Positions 7,991 to 15,738 of a stretch of 64,000 nt of DNA are shown piece after piece. The notes beneath the pieces are model-generated. The model saw only the letters and a program-made list of their open reading frames with translations. It had not been told where the DNA came from and did no database searches. Source of the stretch: an uncultured Verrucomicrobiae bacterium (GTDB lineage Bacteria > Verrucomicrobiota > Verrucomicrobiia > Limisphaerales > UBA11358); assembly GCA_963755515.1 (NCBI GenBank), contig CAVWKA010000002.1:10765-74764 (forward strand), written 5' to 3'. The first letter of the stretch is position 1, and each line of letters begins with the position of its first letter. The translations under genes and the position numbers were made by a program.

Positions 7991-9838
7991 ATGAAAAAGG
8001 TCGCGCTGGTGTTTGTGCTCGCGGTCACACTGCCGAGCCTGGTGCTCGCGTGGCTGGCCATGCGCTCGCTGCGTGACGAGCAGTTCCTGCTCGAACGCCA
8101 GCAATCGCTTTCGGACCAGCGCATCACCGAGACGCTCGCGCAAAATATCTCGGCGTATCTGGCGCAACAGGAGCAGGAATTCAGCGCGCAGGTGGAAAAT
8201 TATGTTGGCGGCCAAAATCCGGTCGAAGTCGCGCCGCAATTCGATCAACAAATCCGCCGGCGCTGGCCGCTGGCGGAAGTTGGTTTCTGCGTCACGTTGT
8301 CCGGCAACATCACGTGTCCGTCACCGTCCGCCGGGATGGCGGCGCGACAATTTCTTGCCGACAACGCGGACTTTCTCGGAAATCGCAAAGCCGCCGAAGT
8401 GTATCTCAACGACAAGGGAGGCAATGGAATAGTGAACGGACTTTCGAAAGCGCCGGCGTTTCAAACGGCATTCCCGCTCGGAAGCACGGCGGACGGAGCG
8501 CCGGCGCAAAAATTATCGAAGGTCATTCGGGCAGACGCTGAATTCGCCCAACTCATCGGCGGGGAAAAGGACGGGATGTTCGCGCGGTATCTGGAAAACA
8601 AACTACAGTTAATGTTCTGGCACCGGTTGGACAGCGAACCGGACCTGGTTTTTGGCGCGCAACTGAATTTGAGCCGTCTGGTGGGCAATTTGGGAAATCT
8701 GGTCAAGGCGGATTCGGGGATGAAGAACGGGATTTGCGTCGCGCTGCTTGATGACACTGGGAAACCCACGGCTGTTTCGAGCGCGAGCCCTTCGGGGAAT
8801 TGGAAGCACCCGTTTGTGGCGACGGAAATCGGGGAGGCGCTGCCGCACTGGGAAGTTGCGGCGTATCTGGTTGATCCCGCCGCGCTGACACGCGCCGCAT
8901 GCATTGCCAATATTGCCTTCGGGTTGCTCATCGTCGCGCTGGTGCTGGCGATCATCTCCGGGGGTTGGCTGATCGTGAAAGGTCTGAACGCTGAAGTTCT
9001 TCTGGCGCGACAGAAAGCCGATTTTGTGAGCAACGTCTCGCACGAACTCAAGACGCCGTTGACTTCAATCCGGATGTTTTCCGAAATGCTGGCCGAAGAG
9101 CGCGTCAGCGACCCGGCCCGGCAGCGCACCTACCTGAACATTATCGCCACAGAAGCCGGCCGACTGACGCGGCTCATCAACGACGTCCTTGATTTTTCGC
9201 GCCTAGAGCACGGCGAAAAGAAGTACGACTTTCAGCCGTGCGATTTGAGGGAAATCGTCCGGGCGACGGCGGAAACGTTTCGGCCGCATCTGGAATCGAA
9301 CGGATTCAAGTTTGATTGCGAATTGCCGGACGGGAAGATTCCCATACGCGGCGATGCGGACGCGCTGTCGCAAATCGTGGTGAATCTGTTATCCAATGCG
9401 GAAAAATATTCCAACGGCCAGAAGGACATAGCCTTGCGGCTGGCGGAACAACGGCTACCACAGCCGCGCGCCGAAGTGAGGGTTCTGGACCGGGGCTCCG
9501 GCGTGCCGGCGGGCAGCGAGGAAAAGATATTCGAGAAATTTTACCGCGCGCACGATTCCTTGAGCAGCGGCGTTCAGGGTTCGGGACTGGGATTGACAAT
9601 CGCCCGCCAAATAGCGCGCGCTCACGGGGGCGACATTGTTTACGAACCGCGCGACGGCGGCGGCAGTTGTTTCATTTTGCGATTGCCCCTCGGCGCGGTT
9701 TTTTCCGGATCGGATGAGGGGAGAACCGCAAAATCCGCCCCGAAGGCAAATTTTCACAAGTCATGGCATGATCACAATAGCAACCTTAGGCGGCGCGGGC
9801 CGCGTAACGTGGACCCCGGGGTTGAAGGCAAATTGTGA
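7991..9838 (+). CDS. sensor histidine kinase (two TM segments, HisKA + HATPase_c)
   Basis: H-box FVSNVSHELKTPLTSI; N box LLSNAEKYS; G boxes DRGSGVP and GSGLGLTIARQIARAHGG. TM helices at the N-terminus and at IAFGLLIVALVLAIISGGWLIV. Confidence 0.9.
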   Translation: MKKVALVFVLAVTLPSLVLAWLAMRSLRDEQFLLERQQSLSDQRITETLAQNISAYLAQQEQEFSAQVENYVGGQNPVEVAPQFDQQIRRRWPLAEVGFCVTLSGNITCPSPSAGMAARQFLADNADFLGNRKAAEVYLNDKGGNGIVNGLSKAPAFQTAFPLGSTADGAPAQKLSKVIRADAEFAQLIGGEKDGMFARYLENKLQLMFWHRLDSEPDLVFGAQLNLSRLVGNLGNLVKADSGMKNGICVALLDDTGKPTAVSSASPSGNWKHPFVATEIGEALPHWEVAAYLVDPAALTRAACIANIAFGLLIVALVLAIISGGWLIVKGLNAEVLLARQKADFVSNVSHELKTPLTSIRMFSEMLAEERVSDPARQRTYLNIIATEAGRLTRLINDVLDFSRLEHGEKKYDFQPCDLREIVRATAETFRPHLESNGFKFDCELPDGKIPIRGDADALSQIVVNLLSNAEKYSNGQKDIALRLAEQRLPQPRAEVRVLDRGSGVPAGSEEKIFEKFYRAHDSLSSGVQGSGLGLTIARQIARAHGGDIVYEPRDGGGSCFILRLPLGAVFSGSDEGRTAKSAPKANFHKSWHDHNSNLRRRGPRNVDPGVEGKL

Positions 9839-9847
9839 ATTAACCCA

Positions 9848-10045
9848 CGTCGTCGCCTACGATTAAGCTGTCATCCTTTCAGGCGGCCGGGGCCGCATGA
9901 ACGTGGAACTCCAAACGGGGGGTTGGTTGGAAGGGGACAAAGTTTGGTGAAAATTAGAGACTCCTTACGTCGTATCCAACGAATAAGCTGTCATCCTTTC
10001 AGGCGGCCGGGGCCGCGTGAACGCGGGACTCCAAACGGGGGGTTT
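9848..10045 (+). repeat. two tandem REP-like units (approximately 78 bp each, 119-bp period) between the kinase and regulator genes
   Basis: 9848-9925 and 9967-10045 share ACGTCGT..ACGA.TAAGCTGTCATCCTTTCAGGCGGCCGGGGCCGC.TGAACG.GG.ACTCCAAACGGGGGGTT, with hairpins GCGGCC/GGCCGC and CCGCG-TGAA-CGCGG. A third copy plus the linker GGGGACAAAGTTTGGTGAAAATTAGAGACTCCTTACGTCGT recurs at 26844-26938. Confidence 0.85.
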
Positions 10046-10083
10046 AAGGGGCGGGCGAGGAAGGGCGGGCGAGGGGACGACTT

Positions 10084-10776
10084 ATGAAAGCGAAAATTCT
10101 TATCGTTGAAGATGACGCGCATATTTTGGCGGGTCTTGAGGAAGTATTGAAGAGCGACGGCTTCGAGGCGGTGTCCTGCAACCGGGGCGACCTGGCGCTG
10201 GAAGCCGCCGCGAAACACAAGCCCGCGCTGGTGTTGCTGGACGTGATGCTGCCCGGGGCCAGCGGCTACGATATTTGCAAACAACTGCGCGCAAAAAAGT
10301 TTACCGCGCCGATTCTGATGCTTACCGCCAAGGGACAGGAAATTGACAAAGTGGCGGGACTGGACCTCGGCGCGGACGATTATGTAACCAAGCCATTCGG
10401 CGTCCGCGAATTGCTCGCGCGCATTCACGCGCTGCTGCGGCGGGGGAATCCAGGGGGCGGCAAAGTGGATTCGGACAAGGCCTTCAAAATCGGGGAGGCG
10501 GCAATTGACCCGAAGACATTTCAGTTAAAGCGAGGGAAAACGATCGAAGAACTCACGGCGAGGGAAGTGAAGCTGCTTCAGATGTTTCATGTTCACGCGG
10601 GCGAGGTCTTGTCGCGAGACAAATTGCTGAACGAAGTCTGGGGTTACAATTATTACGGCACGACGCGAACGCTCGATCAGGCGATCGTGCAGCTCCGCAG
10701 GAAACTGGGCGACCACGGCGGGGAACCGAAATTGCTGTTAACCGTTCACAGCGTCGGCTACAAACTGGCGGGTTAA
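10084..10776 (+). CDS. OmpR/PhoB-family response regulator
   Basis: REC domain (ILIVEDD, LLDVMLPG, TAKG, DDYVTKPF) plus a winged helix (LTAREVKLLQMF, RTLDQAIVQLRRKL). Confidence 0.95.
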   Translation: MKAKILIVEDDAHILAGLEEVLKSDGFEAVSCNRGDLALEAAAKHKPALVLLDVMLPGASGYDICKQLRAKKFTAPILMLTAKGQEIDKVAGLDLGADDYVTKPFGVRELLARIHALLRRGNPGGGKVDSDKAFKIGEAAIDPKTFQLKRGKTIEELTAREVKLLQMFHVHAGEVLSRDKLLNEVWGYNYYGTTRTLDQAIVQLRRKLGDHGGEPKLLLTVHSVGYKLAG

Positions 10777-10894
10777 CCTGCTCTTTACGAACTTCATGAC
10801 GCGCGAATTTTGGGAGCCGATTCCACAAGTCCCAAGAAAACGTCCAAGAACTGCTTTTATCAACCGGTTATTTCTGGTAGAATTTGGCAACACA

Positions 10895-11620
10895 ATGGCA
10901 GGCGCAACCGAAGAAAAACGCGAGGTCACACTGCCGAAAGGCGTCAGTTTGCGACGCCTTGGCGAGGTGTTGCTGGACGCGTGGCTGGCCGATCCACGCC
11001 GATGGATGAACGCGGCGCCGGAATTGCGCGACAGCGCGGTGACGGGGCCGGCCGTGCCCGTGCCGCGGGACGCCATGGATTTGTTCCGCCTGCTCGCCGA
11101 ACGACAGGTTGACTATTTGCTTGTCGGCGGCCTGGCAATGCTCACCCATGTCAAAGGCCGAAATACCCGCGCCGTGGATTTGCTCATGTCCGCGGCCGCG
11201 CTCGATAGAATTCCCGAAATCGTTTTGGAAGACAAAAGCGAATTTTTAGCGCGCGGAAAATTCAAGAGTGTTCTGGTGGACGTGCTGCTGACGCGCAATC
11301 CATTGTTCAAAACGGTCACGGAAAAATTTTCCACAACGCATCCATTTGCGGAGTTGCAAATCCCGGCGGTGACGGTGGAAGGCATGATTGTGTTGAAACT
11401 GTATGCGATGCCGTCGCTGTTTCGTCAATTTGACATGGATCGCGCGGCTGTTTATGAGAATGATATCACCCTGCTGATGGCGCGGCATTCCCCGGCCATT
11501 GAACCGCTCCTCGCGCTGGCGACGAAGGACATGGAGCCGGGCGACCAGATGGAGTTGCAAAGAATCACCGCCGAATGCCGTGAGAGAGCCAGATTACTGC
11601 GACAGCGCGCGGGCCAATAA
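10895..11620 (+). CDS. hypothetical protein, possibly nucleotidyltransferase-fold
   Basis: VDYLLVGGLAMLTHVKGRNTRAVDLL and a following helical region loosely resemble MNT/AbiEii-type nucleotidyltransferase folds. Start chosen at in-frame ATG 10895; the track ORF begins at 10796. Confidence 0.45.
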   Translation: MAGATEEKREVTLPKGVSLRRLGEVLLDAWLADPRRWMNAAPELRDSAVTGPAVPVPRDAMDLFRLLAERQVDYLLVGGLAMLTHVKGRNTRAVDLLMSAAALDRIPEIVLEDKSEFLARGKFKSVLVDVLLTRNPLFKTVTEKFSTTHPFAELQIPAVTVEGMIVLKLYAMPSLFRQFDMDRAAVYENDITLLMARHSPAIEPLLALATKDMEPGDQMELQRITAECRERARLLRQRAGQ

Positions 11621-12352
11621 ATGCCAGACACCCCGGAAATAAGCTTCGTGATTCCTTGCTACAACGAGGAAGGCAACTTGCGCGAGCTTGTAAAAGCGAT
11701 TCGCACCGCGGTGGAACCGCTGAAACTATCCTACGAAATCATCATTACTGATGATTGCAGCCAGGACCGGTCGTGGGAAGTTCTGAAGGAACTTGCGGCG
11801 GAGGACCCGCGCATTCGGGCGTTACGGTTCGAGTACAATTGCGGCGAAAGCGCGGCGCAATGGGCGGGGATGAAAATATCCCGCGGACGGACCATCGTGA
11901 CGCTTGACGCGGATTTGCAGAACGATCCGAAGGACCTGCCCAATCTGCTCGAGGGGCTGAAACGATACGATTGCGTCTGCGGCACGCGAGTAGAATCGCG
12001 GAAGCGGGGGGACAACTTTGTGCGGGTGGCATCGTCGCGGATAGCGAATTGGGTCCGCAACAAGCTGTCCGGCGAAAACATCAGTGACGCGGGCTGCTGT
12101 TACCGGGCCTTCAAGCGGGAGTGCATCGGGGATTTGAAATTTTTCAAGGGAATGCACCGATTCATGCCGACGCTGTTCAAGATGGAGGGTTTCACGGTGA
12201 CGGAGGTGCCGGTGACGACGAATCCGCGATTCGCGGGCAAGAGCAATTACGGGGTGTGGAACCGGTTATTCGCGTCATTTTACGATTTGCTGGCCGTGCG
12301 CTGGATGAAGAAGCGGATGATCCAGTATAAGGTGGCGGAGAAGATCAATTGA
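11621..12352 (+). CDS. GT2 polyprenyl-phosphate glycosyltransferase (ArnC/DPM1/GtrB-like)
   Basis: ISFVIPCYNEEGNL, ITDDCSQD and TLDADLQNDP (DxD), with a C-terminal membrane-associated segment. Confidence 0.9.
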   Translation: MPDTPEISFVIPCYNEEGNLRELVKAIRTAVEPLKLSYEIIITDDCSQDRSWEVLKELAAEDPRIRALRFEYNCGESAAQWAGMKISRGRTIVTLDADLQNDPKDLPNLLEGLKRYDCVCGTRVESRKRGDNFVRVASSRIANWVRNKLSGENISDAGCCYRAFKRECIGDLKFFKGMHRFMPTLFKMEGFTVTEVPVTTNPRFAGKSNYGVWNRLFASFYDLLAVRWMKKRMIQYKVAEKIN

Positions 12353-12373
12353 ACGGTAGAACCTGCCGTCGCC

Positions 12374-12715
12374 ATGCAGCGATTCCTGATCAAATGTATC
12401 AATTGCGGCTGGTTGATTATCATCGTCATCGGGATTCCGGCGGTGACGCGGGCGCGGCTTGGTCACCTGCAAATCACATCGGCGCCGAAGCTGCAACTGC
12501 TGTTGTTCTGGGGTCTGGCGCTGGGGCTGGCGGGAAACATTTTCGCGGCGGCATTTTTAATCAAAGGCCGGAAAGAGCGAATGCTTTGCTGGGAATGGGC
12601 GGGGGTGTTCGGCGCGTTGTTGTTTGCTTATGCCGCGTTTGTCCTGGGTTATTTCAATTTCAATTGGCTGAGGAATTTTTTGCTGTGGCTGCAAGGGGGA
12701 ATGACTAAGGAATGA
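12374..12715 (+). CDS. small hypothetical membrane protein (about 3 TM)
   Basis: 113 aa with three hydrophobic helices, located directly after the GT2 gene. No recognisable family. Confidence 0.5.
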   Translation: MQRFLIKCINCGWLIIIVIGIPAVTRARLGHLQITSAPKLQLLLFWGLALGLAGNIFAAAFLIKGRKERMLCWEWAGVFGALLFAYAAFVLGYFNFNWLRNFLLWLQGGMTKE

Positions 12716-12718
12716 CCG

Positions 12719-12814
12719 AATGAGGATTGAGGATTGAGGATTGAGGATTGAAGAATGAGGAATGAAGAATGAGGAATGAGGAGAAGGAAACGACGAAGAC
12801 GGGGATTTAACTGC
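12719..12814 (+). repeat. heptamer microsatellite (TGAGGAT/TGAGGAA)n plus conserved 35-bp flank, copy 1
   Basis: TGAGGATTGAGGATTGAGGATTGAGGATTGAAGAATGAGGAATGAAGAATGAGGAATGAGGAGAAGGAAACGACGAAGACGGGGATTTAACTGC. The same composite element lies at 31383-31474. Confidence 0.9.
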
Positions 12815-12970
12815 GAATGGACCGGTCTTCGCTCAGATGCTACGACCCGGCACGCGCGAATGGACCGGCCTTCGCTCAGAGCTAGGGCCGGGCACGCGCG
12901 AATTTGACACGGGCAAGGGCGGGGACAGACACGGATTTTTAACCGCAGAGAAGACAAGGAACGCAACGAC

Positions 12971-13325
12971 GGAAAGCGGAAACTGACACGGAATTTAACC
13001 GCGGATAACGCAGATGGGCGCAGATGACGGAGGCAGTGGGAGAGCCGCAAAAATGCGCAAAAGGCGCAAAACAAAATTTTAACCGCGGAGAACGCAAGGA
13101 ACGCAGAGACGCAACACAAAAAAACATTTTAACCACGGATGGCACGGATGGACGCGGATAAATTTTACAGAAGGAACCGAAGGGAATGAAGACGGGATTT
13201 AACCGCAAAGAGCGCAAAGAGCACAAAGATGGAAAGCGGAAACTGACACGGAATTTAACCGCGGATAGCGCAGATGGGCGCAGATGACGGAGGCAGTGGG
13301 AGAGCCGCAAAAATGCACAAAACGC
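12971..13325 (+). repeat. two approximately 95-bp direct repeats 260 bp apart, within a field of TTTAACCGCGGA-type low-complexity repeats
   Basis: 12971-13065 and 13231-13325: GGAAAGCGGAAACTGACACGGAATTTAACCGCGGATA(A/G)CGCAGATGGGCGCAGATGACGGAGGCAGTGGGAGAGCCGCAAAAATGC. Confidence 0.85.
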
Positions 13326-13477
13326 GCAAAGGGAAAGCGGGGACCGAGACGATTTTGAACAGAGGGATGAGTGAACCAGAGAATGAGGGAAAGGTCATGT
13401 TGCCCAGGAACGCGATTATTGAATGCCGAATGCGGAATGTCCGCCAATATGACAATATCATTAACTGACCCCTCATT

Positions 13478-13789
13478 CGCGCAATCTGGTGAGGCAACGA
13501 TTACGAGCATTCTGGTTTACTTTCATGCGTGCCCCCTCACCTCGATCCTCTCCCCCGAGGGGGAGAGGAAGTTTGGATGGACGCGCAATCTGGTGAGGCA
13601 ACGACTATGAACATTCTGGGTTATTTCCGTGCGTGCCCCCTCACCTCAATCCTCTCCCCCGAGGGGGAGAGGAAGTTTGGACGGACGCGCAATCCGGGGA
13701 GGCAACGACACTGAACATTCTGGTGTTCTTCCGTGCGCGCCCCCTCACCTCAATCCTCTCCCCCGAGGGGGAGAGGAAGTCTGAACGGC
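13478..13789 (+). repeat. 3 x 104-bp tandem repeat, each unit carrying a perfect 10-bp-stem hairpin
   Basis: Units start at 13478, 13582 and 13686 (CGCGCAATC...). Each contains CCTCTCCCCC-GA-GGGGGAGAGG (for example 13547-13568). Confidence 0.9.
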
Positions 13790-13920
13790 TACAGTTTTTC
13801 TGGAATGGCCATGGAATGGCTGCCGTCTTCCCGATCCGGCACGCAGCCGTGTTCCTGCAACTGGCCGAGCAAGGCCCTTTCCGATGATGGAAGCAAAATG
13901 GTTAGATCACCGGTCTGAAC

Positions 13921-15078
13921 TCATTTGGAATGCCACCAGTTGCGGATGTCATCGGCGGCTTGATGGGCGAAACCGGGAAAACGCTGGATGGCATCGCGGA
14001 TTTCGGGGAAGAAATGGGCGCCGAGCCATAGCAGCGCCAAAACCACCAAGAGCCAGACGACCGCATCCGCGAGAAACACGAGGGACCAGGTCCATTTCTG
14101 CTCGCGCAGACTCCAATAGCACATTTGGCGCGCCGCTTTCAACGGCATGGCGAGAATGCCATAGGCAATCATCAGGAGCAAGGCAGCGACCCAAACGGGC
14201 ACATTGAGCGGCAAGGAAATTCCCAGGACGGCTCCGGTGGCCAACAGGGAAATGATGGCGCAGATCCATCCGACGGTCAGAAGGCCTTGCAGCAATGAGA
14301 GCACTGGCAGGGTATAGGCCATGCCGGGATGAGCGGCAGCGTGGGCGGTCCAATAGCTGTGCCAGTTGTAACGCCACTGGTCGGCATGCGCCCGCATCTG
14401 ACGCTTGAACCGGCGTTTCCAGGCACGACTTCCCAGGCGGCCAGGGAAGTTTTTCATCGCCTCATAATAGCCTTCCCGCGCGCGATGGATGAATTCCTGG
14501 GCGGTGGACGGATTGCCGGAGGCGGCGGCTTTTTCCTCTGGCGACCGCGCCTCGGGTATCACAATGGCCATGATGATATAAACGAGCAGGCCGGTGCCCC
14601 AGAATATGGTCATCAGGACAAAGGCGAGACGCACGAAGGCGGGGTCAATACCGATATACGCGGCGACGCCATTGCAAACGCCGGCGATCATGGCGCCGTC
14701 ATGAATGCGATAGAGGCGCCGTGGCGGGGCGCCGGCACCGGGGGATTGATTTTCGCCCGGCGGATTCTGGCCGCCGGCCTTGTTGGATGCGCCTGAAGCG
14801 CCCGCGCCCGCAGTCTCACCCGGCCCGGTCTCGATAGGCCCCATTTCGGCCAGGACGGAGGCGACCTCTTTTTCGGACACGACATTTTTGTGGCTGGCGA
14901 GGAGGGCGCGGAATTTTTCGCCGATGGCGCTTTCGATATCGGAGAGGATTTCGTCGCGGTCGGGATTGCTGTGCAAACGGGCGGTGGCGGTATCGAGATA
15001 CGCGCGCAAGGCGTCGTAGCCGTTTTCTTCGAGCTGATAGGCGATGCCGCCGAGGTTGATGGTGATGACTTTGTTCAT
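13921..15078 (-). CDS. PspC-domain membrane protein
   Basis: Start trimmed to ATG at 15078 (MNKVITINL...), 15 nt downstream of the padR stop. PspC core RLYRIHDGAMIAGVCNGVAAYIGIDPAFVRLAFVLMTIFWGTGLLVYIIMAIVIP, followed by further TM helices. Confidence 0.85.
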   Translation of the reverse strand: MNKVITINLGGIAYQLEENGYDALRAYLDTATARLHSNPDRDEILSDIESAIGEKFRALLASHKNVVSEKEVASVLAEMGPIETGPGETAGAGASGASNKAGGQNPPGENQSPGAGAPPRRLYRIHDGAMIAGVCNGVAAYIGIDPAFVRLAFVLMTIFWGTGLLVYIIMAIVIPEARSPEEKAAASGNPSTAQEFIHRAREGYYEAMKNFPGRLGSRAWKRRFKRQMRAHADQWRYNWHSYWTAHAAAHPGMAYTLPVLSLLQGLLTVGWICAIISLLATGAVLGISLPLNVPVWVAALLLMIAYGILAMPLKAARQMCYWSLREQKWTWSLVFLADAVVWLLVVLALLWLGAHFFPEIRDAIQRFPGFAHQAADDIRNWWHSK

Positions 15079-15092
15079 GGTTGGTTTCCTTT

Positions 15093-15419
15093 CTATTTTT
15101 GGCCTAATTTTTTCACTGTTCCGTTGATTTGCGTCCAATAATCGAGGGTTTCGCGCAATTGTTGGCGGCCTTTGGCGGTGAGCATGTAATATTTGCGGGG
15201 GGGGCCGGCATCGGATTCCTTCCATTCGTAATCGAGGAGGCCTTCGCGGCGCAATTTGCTGAGCAAGGGATAGAGGGTGCCTTCCTGGGTGGCGAACTCG
15301 GTGGCGCTCAACTGTTTCAAAATATCGGCGACATAGACTTTTTCGGCGGCAATGATCTGGAGGACGAGGAACTCGAGGAGTCCCTTGCGGATGGCGGAAA
15401 ATTTTTCGTTGACGTTCAT
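15093..15419 (-). CDS. PadR-family transcriptional regulator
   Basis: 108 aa. LEFLVLQIIAAEKVYVADILKQL...GTLYPLLSKLRREGLLDYEWKESDAGPPRKYYMLTAKG is the PadR winged-helix signature. Confidence 0.9.
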   Translation of the reverse strand: MNVNEKFSAIRKGLLEFLVLQIIAAEKVYVADILKQLSATEFATQEGTLYPLLSKLRREGLLDYEWKESDAGPPRKYYMLTAKGRQQLRETLDYWTQINGTVKKLGQK

Positions 15420-15428
15420 TGCCGGTAC

Positions 15429-15460
15429 GGTAGCAAGCTACCTTATTGAATAAAGGTAGC
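15429..15460. promoter_or_regulatory. candidate PadR operator: three GGTAGC/GCTACC half-sites forming two overlapping palindromes
   Basis: GGTAGC-AA-GCTACC-TTATTGAATAAA-GGTAGC lies 10-40 nt upstream of the padR start codon. The first pair is a perfect palindrome; the second (GCTACCTTATT/AATAAAGGTAGC) is off by one T. Confidence 0.5.
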
Positions 15461-15507
15461 TGGTAAGGGGATGGGCGTCAAGCGGAAAAGATGGAAATTT
15501 CGGAGGA

Positions 15508-15603
15508 CCGCGGAGCGCCTGCGAATGGGGGCCTCCGGCTGCGTGAACCCCCTGCTGCACCGCCGGCGAGAAGGAAAAAATATGCAAATAATGACCGTTT
15601 ACG
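15508..15603 (+). repeat. left copy of an approximately 100-bp imperfect direct repeat bracketing the R-M cassette
   Basis: CCGCGGAGCGCCTGCGAATGGGGGCCTCCGGCTGCGTGAACCCCCTGCTGCACCGCCGGCG...AATATGCAAATA..CCGTTTAC aligns at roughly 80% with 18202-18308. Confidence 0.75.
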
Positions 15604-15738
15604 TTTTAACTCGCTGCTGTGGCTTTCCGAAAAAAATGCCTGGATTCAGCAATCCGGCAAACTGGCTTGCCCCAAAAGGTGTGGCAAATCGAATTCCAAT
15701 CCTTGCCAACGTTCTGCCTAGGTGTTAAGGTCGCACTC

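Noticed and set aside
13478-13789. Possible CRISPR array (regularly spaced perfect palindromic repeats)
   Set aside because: The whole 104-bp unit is repeated, including the would-be spacers. There are only three units, no cas genes in the window, and the conserved part is a simple 10-bp-stem hairpin. It is a tandem repeat, not a repeat-spacer array.
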